From Candidatus Latescibacterota bacterium (lineage in GTDB: Bacteria; Latescibacterota; UBA2968): a stretch of DNA of 64,000 nt. This document shows, in pieces, positions 48,538-58,171 of this stretch. Both the position numbers and the translations under genes were made by a program. The DNA lies in contig OZ242010.1 of assembly GCA_965204745.1 (NCBI GenBank), forward strand, positions 992,001-1,056,000. Reading direction: 5' to 3'. Each line of letters starts with the position of its first letter. Position 1 is the stretch's first letter. The notes beneath the pieces are model-generated. The model was not told the origin of the DNA. It did no database searches and worked only from the letters and a program-made list of their open reading frames with translations.

Positions 48538-51492
48538 ATGCCAAACCTCGATCCCATCGCATTGAATGAACGGCAGCGCGAGGCCGTCACCGCGCCCATC
48601 GGGGCCGTGCTCATCCTCGCCGGGCCGGGCACGGGCAAGACGCGCGTGTTGACCGAGCGCGTTGCGTATTTGATCGCGCAGCGCGGTGTCGCGCCCGAGC
48701 GCATCTCGGCGCTCACCTTTACCAACAAAGCCGCCGCGGAAATGCAGAGTCGCTTGGCGCGCACCTTGGGCGAAGCCGTTGCCGAGTCCGTCACCGCGGG
48801 GACATTCCACCGGTTTTGCATCGACATGCTGCGCCAACACCGCGAAGCCGCGGGCCTGCCGCGGCATTTTGGCATTGCGGATGAAGACCTCCAGCGCACG
48901 CTCATCTACCGCGCATTCCCGCGCCTGAATCCCAACGAACGCAATTTGAACAATGTGATGCAAACCGTGAACCGCCTGAAATGGCAACGGCGGTACAAAC
49001 CGCACATCCCCATGAAAAAGGGAGACGCGGAGCTGCTCGACAAGTACGAGGCCGAACTGTCAAAAAACCGCTTGATCGACTTTGACGACCTCATCTTTCG
49101 CGCCCACGACTTGCTCGCTGCACACCGCGAGATCCTATCGGCGTACCGCGCGCGATTTCAACACATCCTCGTCGATGAATTTCAAGACACGGACCCGGTG
49201 CAATACGCGCTGGTCAGCCTCTTGGCCGCGGGGCATCGCAGCGTCTTTGTGGTGGCAGACGACGAGCAATCCATCTATGGCTGGCGGCACGCCACGCCCG
49301 AACACATCGCGCAATTTCAACGCGAGTTTCTCAAGGGCAACCCGCCGATTGTCTTGGAGGAAAACTACCGATCCTCTGCGGAAATTCTGCGCTTGGCGCG
49401 CCTGTTCATCGCCCACAACGACACCTTGTTTGACCGCGCCATCAGAACGCAAAAATCCGGCCGCCGAGTGCGCGGCATGGCATTTGACACCTTTTTGGAA
49501 GAGGGCGAATTTATTGCGGGCGACATCTGGGACCGCATCCGCGAAACCCCGGACCTGATGCACCGCGACATCGCCGTGCTCTATCCGCAACACGCCATCG
49601 GCAGCGAACTCGAGCGCATCTTCATGCGCGCCAACGTCCCCTGTCAGATGGCCCACCGCAGGGGCTTGTTCGACCAACCCGTCATCCGCCGCGCCCTGTC
49701 CGTGTTGCGCTACGCATTGGACGGGGCGAATGACGCGAGTCTCGAATTATTCCTGCGCCGCGAACTCGAAGCGGTCGATCCCAAACTCTATCCGGCCGTG
49801 CGGGGATTTCAAAAGCGCAACGCCATCGGCAGTTTCAAACAAGCGGCCTTCTCGTATCCGCGCACGGTCGAACCGGCAGAAGGCATCGAAGTGGAACGCG
49901 CCCTTGGGCTGGCCGGCGTGGTCCACAATGCCGTGCAAAAAGGCGCGGTCGCGTCCTTGCCCCATCTCGTGGATGACATCCTCGACCAACTGAACACCTC
50001 GGAATTGCCCTCGCTGAAAAACCACCTCTCCCACATCGCGGATCCCCTCGCATTGCCGGGCATCAAAGCCGCGCTCGACCGCGTACTGCCCCGCTGGCGC
50101 GCGGGGGGCACCTTGTATGTCGCGTGCAAAGACGAGGTGACGCGCCACTTGCTCACCACGCTGATCCGAGACGCACTCGCGCGCCCGGGCCTCATCATCC
50201 GCGAAGCCGCGCCCGGCAGCCGCTTGGAACTGTTGCCGGACACGCTCATCTTGTCGTTTGACGAAGACCCACCCAAAACCCCCGCCCATTTCTTGCACTT
50301 GGGCACATCGCACAACGCCATGCTTATCGGGCTCAAGTTGTGCCAAGCGATCCACTGCGCGGACCTGCCGCCCTATATGCCGGACTACACCGCCTGCGCG
50401 TTGGAAACCACGAGCGAGGATCCGGACCGCGCGCAAATCGCGGCGCTAGGCGCGGTGCGCGTACGCGATGGCCGGGTCGCGGAAACGTTTTATTCGCCCG
50501 TGCGATTGCGAGAACGCGAAGGCGATAGCCCCACATTTCAGGAAATTTACCTCGCGTTTCAATCCTTTGTCGGCATCGACATCCTGATCGCCCACAACGG
50601 CTATGCGTTTGCCTTTCAGGTCTTGCACCGCGAGGCCCGGCGCAATGCCCGCTCGCGCATGCCCAACCCCACGATTGACACGTTGCCCATGGCGCGAACT
50701 TATGGCGCGACCTCGGCCCGCGATCTGCGCGCCCTTTGCGATCAGTACGGCATCTCGCCCGACGCAAAGGCCCCGCCGGCCCTGGCGCGGGCCCTCGCGT
50801 TGCACCGCGCGTTTGAAGCGATGAAACGAGAACGCGCATCTCGCTATCGGCGCATGACAAATGAACACCTGTTGGATCGAGTCGCGTTGGGCATGCTCTT
50901 TTGCCAACGCCGCGCACGGGGTCAAAAATTCTCCCATGAAGAACACCTGCATTTTAATTTGGGGGCACAGCGTTTGATGGGGCCGGCCAATTTGTGCATT
51001 CGCGACCTCGTGCAACAATTTCCCCGGTTGGACGCGGACCGGCTGCGCGGTCAGGCGCGGATGTTGCTCGGCGAAGACCCGCGTCCCGAAGTCCTCGCCC
51101 TGCACGCGCCGGATCAGATCCAACGCTTTCGAGACCTGTGCGAACGCCACGGCACTGCCGCGCCCTCTCTGCAAGAAGGCATCCGCAACCTGCTCGATTT
51201 TGCGGACTTGTACAAAGTCGAACTCGAAGCACTCGACCGCAATGCCGTGCATTTGATCACCTTGCACGCGGCGAAGGGACTCGAATTTCGCGAGGTCTAT
51301 ATCTGCGGCTTGGAAGACCGCATCTTGCCCAATGCGCGTGCCCTCAACAGCGCGGACATGGCCGAGCAACGCAGGCTCTTGTACGTGGGCATCACCCGCG
51401 CAATGGACCGCCTCACCCTCTCTTGCGTGCGCCAACGCCCGGGCAGAAACATGACGCCATCCCGATTCTGGGACGAACTCGCCTTGGACTAG
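48538..51492 (+). CDS. UvrD/PcrA-family SF1 helicase with inserted degenerate DEDDh (DnaQ-like) domain
   Basis: AGPGTGKT, TFTNKAA, VDEFQD, ENYRS, TLHAAKGLEF, RRLLYVGITRA; insert LETT...AHNGY.F...IDTLPMAR. Confidence 0.9.
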   Translation: MPNLDPIALNERQREAVTAPIGAVLILAGPGTGKTRVLTERVAYLIAQRGVAPERISALTFTNKAAAEMQSRLARTLGEAVAESVTAGTFHRFCIDMLRQHREAAGLPRHFGIADEDLQRTLIYRAFPRLNPNERNLNNVMQTVNRLKWQRRYKPHIPMKKGDAELLDKYEAELSKNRLIDFDDLIFRAHDLLAAHREILSAYRARFQHILVDEFQDTDPVQYALVSLLAAGHRSVFVVADDEQSIYGWRHATPEHIAQFQREFLKGNPPIVLEENYRSSAEILRLARLFIAHNDTLFDRAIRTQKSGRRVRGMAFDTFLEEGEFIAGDIWDRIRETPDLMHRDIAVLYPQHAIGSELERIFMRANVPCQMAHRRGLFDQPVIRRALSVLRYALDGANDASLELFLRRELEAVDPKLYPAVRGFQKRNAIGSFKQAAFSYPRTVEPAEGIEVERALGLAGVVHNAVQKGAVASLPHLVDDILDQLNTSELPSLKNHLSHIADPLALPGIKAALDRVLPRWRAGGTLYVACKDEVTRHLLTTLIRDALARPGLIIREAAPGSRLELLPDTLILSFDEDPPKTPAHFLHLGTSHNAMLIGLKLCQAIHCADLPPYMPDYTACALETTSEDPDRAQIAALGAVRVRDGRVAETFYSPVRLREREGDSPTFQEIYLAFQSFVGIDILIAHNGYAFAFQVLHREARRNARSRMPNPTIDTLPMARTYGATSARDLRALCDQYGISPDAKAPPALARALALHRAFEAMKRERASRYRRMTNEHLLDRVALGMLFCQRRARGQKFSHEEHLHFNLGAQRLMGPANLCIRDLVQQFPRLDADRLRGQARMLLGEDPRPEVLALHAPDQIQRFRDLCERHGTAAPSLQEGIRNLLDFADLYKVELEALDRNAVHLITLHAAKGLEFREVYICGLEDRILPNARALNSADMAEQRRLLYVGITRAMDRLTLSCVRQRPGRNMTPSRFWDELALD

Positions 51493-51520
51493 GACTCCTC
51501 CCCGAGAGATGTCGTCCCCT

Positions 51521-51597
51521 CTTGTATCTTTGGGCGAACACGGGGCATCGCCCTACACGCATCGCTCCCCTTTGAACTATCTGTCGCCAGTTGTACC
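51521..51597. repeat. ~77-bp REP-containing repeat (inverted copy of 62360-62437)
   Basis: Reverse complement ggtacaactggcg...gttcaaagg...gtaggg...tcgcccaaagatacaag matches 62360 onward. Confidence 0.75.
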
Positions 51598-51630
51598 TCG
51601 CTCGTGCTTTTCGTGCCTAATCATAGCGAC

Positions 51631-52389
51631 ATGTCGAAAAACAAAATCTACTTCATCTCGGACGCGCACATAGGCGCGACCAAATTCAACCGCCCATCGC
51701 GCGTTCGGGAAGACGCGCTCATCAACTTTTTGCGCGCCATCCGCAAAGACGCCGAGAGCCTGTACATCGTGGGCGACCTCTTTGATTTCTGGTTTGAATA
51801 TCGATCCGTCATTCCCGCGCATGGCGCGCGCGTAATTTTTGAACTCTACAACCTCGTCCAAAGCGGCACGCGCGTGGTCTATCTGCCCGGCAACCACGAC
51901 ATCTGGCTCGGCCCGTACTTGACCGATCAAGTCGGCGCGGAACTTCCCGGCCTCGCTTGCGACATCGTACACCAAAATCAGCGCATCCACGTCACGCACG
52001 GCGACGCGTTTGAGCGAGATTGGAAAATAACGCTCATCCGCCGCATCTTGCACAATCCCCTGTGCATCGCGCTGTTTGGCTGGCTGCATCCGGACATCGG
52101 CGCGTACCTAGTACGTCTCGCGTCTCGGTTTTCCGTATCGAAACTGAAAAACTGCAAAAAAACAACCGCGTCCTCATCTACGGGCGCGGCAACAAAAATG
52201 GCCGAGGGATTCGATCTGGTCATCTGCGGGCACTACCACACGCCCAGGGTACAACCCATTGCCGGAGGCACGCTCATCATCTTGGGCGACTGGATGCGCT
52301 ACGATACTTATGCCGTGCTCGAAAATGGCGCCATCGCGCTGAAGCAGTGGCATACGGCGGTACGAGCGGTTCGCAGTCAATGCGAATAA
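51631..52389 (+). CDS. lpxH: UDP-2,3-diacylglucosamine diphosphatase
   Basis: FISDAHIG, GDLFDFWFE, GNHD, THGD, GHYH, LGDW. Confidence 0.88.
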   Translation: MSKNKIYFISDAHIGATKFNRPSRVREDALINFLRAIRKDAESLYIVGDLFDFWFEYRSVIPAHGARVIFELYNLVQSGTRVVYLPGNHDIWLGPYLTDQVGAELPGLACDIVHQNQRIHVTHGDAFERDWKITLIRRILHNPLCIALFGWLHPDIGAYLVRLASRFSVSKLKNCKKTTASSSTGAATKMAEGFDLVICGHYHTPRVQPIAGGTLIILGDWMRYDTYAVLENGAIALKQWHTAVRAVRSQCE

Positions 52390-52535
52390 AGAGTTGAATC
52401 CATCGCGTGCTTGTTCTTTCGCTACTCGGTGGATTCAATCCCTCTCGGTCACGTCTCAAGGGTCAACCAAGAGAGACTCGTTTTATTGGGACCTACCCCC
52501 CTAGCTCCCCTTCCTTCCAAGATACAAGGGGGGCG
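52380..52535. mobile_element. IS982 end remnant plus palindromic repeat
   Basis: atgcgaataaagagttgaatccatcgcgt matches reverse complement of 63505-63533; followed by tttattgggacctacccccc. Confidence 0.7.
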
Positions 52536-52577
52536 GCCCTCTCCCGTCTCCCGTCTTACCTCTCCCGTCTTACCTCC

Positions 52578-55502
52578 CTATATCCCCATCCAGCGATTTA
52601 AGTTGTCTAACAGCGGTGCGAAATCGCCATTGTCGGCCATTGTCTCGTGGGCTTTGGCGAGGGCTTTGGCGTCCATTCGCTCGTTGGCGCAGACGCGATT
52701 GTAGGCGCAATAATCGCATTCTTTGTCTTTTTGGATGTGAAAAAAGCCGCCATTGCTCACCAATTCGAGCAGGGGACGCAGCGCGTGGGCCAGGTCTTCG
52801 GGGGCGGGTGGCGCGGCTGAAAGCCGCCGTCCGTGTTCCCTGTCGCCGGGAAAAACATAGCCCGACATTTGCACATGGCCCGGTTCGTTTTGTCGTTTTA
52901 GGATCTCGTTCAGAGCATAAGCATACAAGGCCCATTGCAGATGTGTGCCGCGTTTGAGCAAGTCCCGTTCGTCGTATTGCGTTGCGGATCCGGTTTTGTA
53001 ATCCCAAATCGCAAAGCCATTTTCCACGCGATCCACGCGGTCAATGTACCCTCGGATGCGAAATTTCACGTCTTCGGACAATTCGAGCATGACGGGTTTT
53101 TCGCTGTTCAGACCGCCGGATTTGCCAAAGCCAAAACCGACTTCAAATCCGATGGGGTCGGCATTTTTTTGGTCGGATTCGACGGCCAAGAATACCTGCG
53201 CGGCTCGCGACAGGCGTTTCACGTCGGCGCGATACGCGGCTTGGTGTTCGACCGGGTGGATTTTTTCGTAGGTCTCGATTTCCTCTTCGAGGAGGGTTTG
53301 AATCAATGCGCCGTGCTGGTCGCGGTCGGGCCGTTCGCCGCGTGCTTTCAGGGTTTGCATAAATTTGTGAAATAAGCGGTGCAACAGCGCGCCATAAGAC
53401 AGGGGATCGAGCCAGCGCGTGGGATCGGCTTCGGGTTCTTCGAGGGGCCGAATGCCGAGGACGTAAGTCAAGAAGTACCGGTAGGGGCACCGCGCCAGGG
53501 TTTCCAATCTCGAGGCTGAAAAAACGCCCTGTTGTGCTGTGATCGCCAGTTCGGGCATGGGTTTGCCGAGCCAGCCATCGTGCGTTGTCAAGCCGGGCCA
53601 TTCGCGTGCCCGTCGCGCCTTTTGTCCGGAAACGAGGTGCGGATATGCGCGGTTGACAATGCCTGTGTATTCGGCAAAGGGGTAGTGCGACAGCAAGAGG
53701 TCCGTGTCGTCCAATGCCTGTGCGGCATCTTCGGGAAAAGCCCGAGCAAGGGGGATGGGGTCAATCGCCATCTGTTCGGCGGCGTGCTGAAAAAGCGCGG
53801 CCGGATAACGCTCTCGACTATCGGACAAACTGCGCTGACACGACAACAAGGTCACTTTGCCAGGGGCCATGCCCAACACGCGGCGCAGATGATACACTTG
53901 CTCGGCCGGGCGCGTGCGGCGCAATTCCAATTCAGTTGATACGCCGGAACGCTCGCTGTCTAACAGGATCGGGTCTTCTGTCGCGCCACCGGGGAAGGTG
54001 CCCTCGTCCATGCCCACCACGTAAATGTGCGGGCGATGGGTATAGCCGGCTCGGTGGAGTGGCGCGATAGCGAGGTGCCCGGGTTTGGCTGCTTCGGCTC
54101 TGAAAGACAGGTTGGCGGTGCATTCGGCCAAGCGATTCGCCAATCGGCGCGCGGGTGCTTTGCGGCGCACGGATTGGGCCACATGGCGCAGGCGATCCGA
54201 AAGCGCGGCGAGAACATCATCATCTTCGGCTTTTGCAAAATGTGCGAGAAATTGCAGTCCCGCATCCACCAACGCGCCGAGGGATACGTTTGACCCGCGC
54301 CGGGGGAGCAGGTCGAATAAGCGTGTCAATTCGTCGATAACGGCTTCGATTTCGTCGACTTGTGTCGAGGAGTCCGCATCTTTTCGCGCTTGGAGATCGG
54401 CCCTCATTTTGTTTAGGGCGCGGAGGTAATTCGGATACTCTCCGCTCAGGTGTGCTCGGTGAATGACGGCTGCCATTGGATTTTCAGACGCGATGAGGCC
54501 CGCGCGGTACAGTGCGATCAGGTCATCCGCAGGACATCCCGCGCCTAGCCAGCGATAAAAACTCACCAATGCCCGACCCGTTTGGGTTGTCGCAACCGGG
54601 ATGCCCTCGGCGAATGTGGCGCGCAGTCCGAATTGCTGAACCGCATCGCACAACAGGCTCAAGTACGGGGTTTCCGAGGTATAGACGATTTCGACAGCGT
54701 CCAGCGGTATGGCCTTTGACCGTATCTCGCGCAACGCGGTGCGAATTTCCGTTTCTGTGCCCACGGTCTCGCACAATCGAGTCTGATCGGCGTCTTCGGG
54801 GCGCAATTCCGCACCAATATCGCCTTTGACATTGGGGAGGGGCACGGCGGCAAAACGCACGGCGGCACTGTGCGGCGGAGCATCTGTTTGCTTTCGTCCG
54901 ATGCGCCAGATACGGCCCTGTGATCGCTCGCGCACGTACAAAAACGCCAACTTCGGCAAGGGGGTTTCGTCCATGATCGCGTGGTGGGTACGGTGGGTAT
55001 CAGGGGTCAAATGAGCCAAGGCGCGTTGATACAACACCGCGTTGTCGTAGATGTGATCGCGCTCAAAAGCCGCGCAATACGTTCGATACAGGTGTTGCAA
55101 CAAGTGATGCCGCCCGCCTTTGCCAGAGACCGAATCGGGTTCTAATCCCGCGGCGCGCAAGACGTGCAGGGTTCGCAAAAACGGCCGCGTGAGCGCGGCG
55201 GCCTGTTGGGCAAAATAGTCATCATCGACTTCGCGCACGACGCGGGGAATCATTTGGTCCAGCCAGAACAAATCCGCATCTTGGGCGAGGCGCGCTCGTC
55301 CCTCTGCGACGAGCAACGCGCCCGCGTCCTTTTCGGCCAGACTGCGCGGCGTCTCGATTTGCAAGTTCATCCATGAGTACCCCGTCGCCGCAAGCCCCAT
55401 CCCCAGGTTGTGCCCGATGCTCATCGCGGGGACGATCAAGACTTTCGACTCAATCGGATGCGCGTCGCAAAATGCCTTCAGTTGTGCGAGGTGATAGTGC
55501 AT
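52578..55502 (-). CDS. AddB/RexB-like protein: inactive helicase scaffold plus PD-(D/E)XK nuclease with Fe-S cysteines
   Basis: SASRLE..ARCPYRYF, RGYIDRVD, WDYKTG, QWALY, CDYCAYNRVC. Confidence 0.85.
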   Translation of the reverse strand: MHYHLAQLKAFCDAHPIESKVLIVPAMSIGHNLGMGLAATGYSWMNLQIETPRSLAEKDAGALLVAEGRARLAQDADLFWLDQMIPRVVREVDDDYFAQQAAALTRPFLRTLHVLRAAGLEPDSVSGKGGRHHLLQHLYRTYCAAFERDHIYDNAVLYQRALAHLTPDTHRTHHAIMDETPLPKLAFLYVRERSQGRIWRIGRKQTDAPPHSAAVRFAAVPLPNVKGDIGAELRPEDADQTRLCETVGTETEIRTALREIRSKAIPLDAVEIVYTSETPYLSLLCDAVQQFGLRATFAEGIPVATTQTGRALVSFYRWLGAGCPADDLIALYRAGLIASENPMAAVIHRAHLSGEYPNYLRALNKMRADLQARKDADSSTQVDEIEAVIDELTRLFDLLPRRGSNVSLGALVDAGLQFLAHFAKAEDDDVLAALSDRLRHVAQSVRRKAPARRLANRLAECTANLSFRAEAAKPGHLAIAPLHRAGYTHRPHIYVVGMDEGTFPGGATEDPILLDSERSGVSTELELRRTRPAEQVYHLRRVLGMAPGKVTLLSCQRSLSDSRERYPAALFQHAAEQMAIDPIPLARAFPEDAAQALDDTDLLLSHYPFAEYTGIVNRAYPHLVSGQKARRAREWPGLTTHDGWLGKPMPELAITAQQGVFSASRLETLARCPYRYFLTYVLGIRPLEEPEADPTRWLDPLSYGALLHRLFHKFMQTLKARGERPDRDQHGALIQTLLEEEIETYEKIHPVEHQAAYRADVKRLSRAAQVFLAVESDQKNADPIGFEVGFGFGKSGGLNSEKPVMLELSEDVKFRIRGYIDRVDRVENGFAIWDYKTGSATQYDERDLLKRGTHLQWALYAYALNEILKRQNEPGHVQMSGYVFPGDREHGRRLSAAPPAPEDLAHALRPLLELVSNGGFFHIQKDKECDYCAYNRVCANERMDAKALAKAHETMADNGDFAPLLDNLNRWMGI

Positions 55503-55527
55503 GAAAGTTCCTCAATTCACAGGAATA

Positions 55528-55945
55528 GCCCGTGAAGCCCCGTCCGTTCACGGCGGGGAGGTAAGGGCTTTGAAGTTGGTGTTGCTTCAGCACATAAATC
55601 GTTTGACCTGTTCCTCTTTTGTGACTATGCTATTCACAAGGAGGGTGTGCTATGAAAATGGTACTTCAGATACGGCTGTTGCCTGACGCGGTTAGCGCGG
55701 ACAAAATGCGCGAGACGATGCAACGCTTCAATGCGGCTTGCAACTATGTCTCTCCGCTTGCTTTTGAACGCCGATTGACCGACAATTTTGCACTTCAGAA
55801 GTTGTATTACTACGACATTCGCAAACGCTTTGGCTTGTCGGCACAACATGCGGTCAAGGTGTTTGGTCTCGTCGTTGTTGCGGTGAAATCTGTGCTTAAG
55901 AAGAAGCACAAAACCGCGCCGACGTTCCGTCCGTTTTCGCGGTAA
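55528..55945 (+). mobile_element. tnpB: IS200/IS605-family remnant: left-end hairpin plus truncated tnpB (55652-55945)
   Basis: gaagccccgtccgttcacggcggggag end motif; TMQRFNAACN...LQKLYYYDIRKRFGLSAQH..K N-terminus; stops before RuvC/Zn finger. Confidence 0.8.
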
Positions 55946-56099
55946 AAAGCCACGTCGCTTTCTGCGATGCGTGCGGTGGCTTCTTTGAGAACGCTTGCCA
56001 TTGCAGACTCCTGAAATCATGAAGTGGGTAACAAGGTTGCACAATAATCGCTCAGGCAGGCGTTGGGGTCAAGGGAAATAGCATATCGCATCACATGAG

Positions 56100-56302
56100 A
56101 TGCGAATTAAAAGTAGAAAGCGAGTGGGAAGCAAGCCGCGGCCTATCGCCCAAAGCCATGAACGACTCATCCATTATCGGCGCCCCTTAGAATTTGTCTA
56201 AAAACAAACGATGGATGCTCCTCCGGCTCCTCTCCGCAACGGAGAGATGTTCTTCCCCCCTTCCTGTGAGGAAGGGGGGCCAGGGGGGTAGGTCCCAATA
56301 AA
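56100..56302. mobile_element. IS982 end remnant plus palindromic repeat
   Basis: atgcgaattaaaagtagaaagcgagtgggaagcaagccgcgg matches 62550 end; downstream part matches 43035-43270. Confidence 0.75.
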
Positions 56303-56326
56303 TCGCTCATTTTCACAGAGGTTCGC

Positions 56327-58171
56327 ATGTGTGGCATTATCGGTTATGTGGGGCGCGAGGTGGCCTCGGATGTGCTCATCCGCGGGCTTCGGCGTTTGGA
56401 ATATCGGGGCTATGATTCGGCGGGGGTGGCGGTGATCGATAATGCACCCGATCAAAATCGCATTGACGTGTGCAAGACCTTGGGGCGCGTCGCGGATTTG
56501 ACGGGCAAATTGGCGGAGGATGCCGTGGCTGGGGCAGTGGGCATAGCCCATACCCGATGGGCAACGCACGGCAAACCGAGCGACGAGAATGCACACCCGC
56601 ATTTGGACGCGACCGGGCGCGTTGCCCTCGTACACAATGGCATTGTGGAAAATCACGCGGCCATTCGCAGATTTTTGGAAAACCAGGGAATCGCATTTCA
56701 AAGCGAGACCGATACGGAAGCCCTCGTGCAACTGATCGGTTTTTTTTATGCCGAGACAGGTGATTTGCTCGCCTCGGTGCGGCACGCCTTGCGCGACGTG
56801 CAGGGCACTTATGGCATCGCATTGCTCTGCTCAGACGCGCCCCATACCCTGATTGCAGCGCGGCGCGGCAGCCCGCTTTTGGTGGGCGTGGGAGATGGCG
56901 AGTTGCTCGTCGCATCGGATGGCAGCGCGATAGTGGCGCATACGCAACGGGTGATCTATCTCGACGACAACGAAATGGTCACCCTGGGGCCCGATGGCGT
57001 GCAGGCGAGCACGATTGACGCCGAACCCCTAAGAAAAGAAGTGGATATCCTCGATATTTCACTGGAAGAAATCGAGCTAGACGGCTTTGATCACCACATG
57101 CTCAAAGAGATTTACGAGCAACCCGAGAGTTTGCAAAACGCGATGCGCGGGCGCATCAATTTGCAGACTGGCGAAGTCACGCTGGGCGGGTTGGCAAATA
57201 TCAGCCGCGAGTTGGCGCGCTTCCAAAAAGTGCTCTTGACCGCGTGTGGCACGGCTTGGCATGCGGGGCTGGTCGCCGAATACTTGTTCGAGGAATTGGC
57301 GCGCGTGCCCACCGATGTGGAATACGCCAGCGAGTTGCGGTATCGCAATCCCATTGTGGAAGATGGCACCATGGCCATCGTGATCAGCCAGTCGGGCGAA
57401 ACCGCGGATACGCTGGCCGCGCTTCGAGAGGTCAAGATGAAGGGGGCAACCGCCTTTGGGGTGGTCAATACGGTCGGCTCGACGATTGCGCGCGAGACCG
57501 ATGCGGGCGTTTATTTGCACGCGGGGCCAGAGATTGGCGTGGCGAGTACCAAAGCATTTACGTCGCAAGTGGCGGTTTTGGCGATGATCGCCACCGATAT
57601 GGGGCGGCGCAGACACCTATCGCCCGAGCGCACGTTTGAAGTCCTCGAAGGGCTTGCGGCAATCCCAGATCAAGTGGCGGAAGTCCTCGCGCTGGACGAT
57701 CAGATCAAAGCGGTGACACTGAAGTACGCGGATCGCGACAACTGGTTGTATCTGGGGCGCGGCGTGAATTATCCGGTGGCGCTAGAAGGCGCCTTAAAAT
57801 TGAAAGAGATCAGCTACATCCACGCCGAGGGCATGCCCGCCGCCGAGATCAAACACGGCCCCATCGCGCTGATCGACGCGGGGATGCCCGTGGTGGTGGT
57901 CGCGCCGTGCGATCACGTGTACGACAAGGTGCTGGCCAATATCGCAGAGGTGAAAGGGCGCGGCGGCCGGGTGATCGCCATCGCCAATCGGGCAGATGGC
58001 GAATTGCGCGAATTGGCCGACGCCGTGCTGCAAGTGCCCGAAACCCCGGCCATTTTGTCGCCCCTCGTCACGGCGATTCCCCTCCAGTTGATCGCCTATC
58101 ACGCGGCGGTTGTGCGTGGGTGCGATGTCGATAAACCGAGGAATTTGGCAAAGAGTGTCACGGTTGAATAA
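56327..58171 (+). CDS. glmS: Glutamine--fructose-6-phosphate aminotransferase
   Basis: MCGIIG, EYRGYDSAG, HTRWATHG, SQSGETADT, DKPRNLAKSVTVE. Confidence 0.99.
   Translation: MCGIIGYVGREVASDVLIRGLRRLEYRGYDSAGVAVIDNAPDQNRIDVCKTLGRVADLTGKLAEDAVAGAVGIAHTRWATHGKPSDENAHPHLDATGRVALVHNGIVENHAAIRRFLENQGIAFQSETDTEALVQLIGFFYAETGDLLASVRHALRDVQGTYGIALLCSDAPHTLIAARRGSPLLVGVGDGELLVASDGSAIVAHTQRVIYLDDNEMVTLGPDGVQASTIDAEPLRKEVDILDISLEEIELDGFDHHMLKEIYEQPESLQNAMRGRINLQTGEVTLGGLANISRELARFQKVLLTACGTAWHAGLVAEYLFEELARVPTDVEYASELRYRNPIVEDGTMAIVISQSGETADTLAALREVKMKGATAFGVVNTVGSTIARETDAGVYLHAGPEIGVASTKAFTSQVAVLAMIATDMGRRRHLSPERTFEVLEGLAAIPDQVAEVLALDDQIKAVTLKYADRDNWLYLGRGVNYPVALEGALKLKEISYIHAEGMPAAEIKHGPIALIDAGMPVVVVAPCDHVYDKVLANIAEVKGRGGRVIAIANRADGELRELADAVLQVPETPAILSPLVTAIPLQLIAYHAAVVRGCDVDKPRNLAKSVTVE

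Noticed and set aside
55652-55945. Functional TnpB/OMEGA nuclease
   Set aside because: Only ~97 N-terminal residues; no RuvC, zinc finger or right-end omegaRNA region visible.
56040-56326. glmS ribozyme upstream of glmS
   Set aside because: Region is explained by IS982 remnant and palindromic repeat; I see no glmS ribozyme core.
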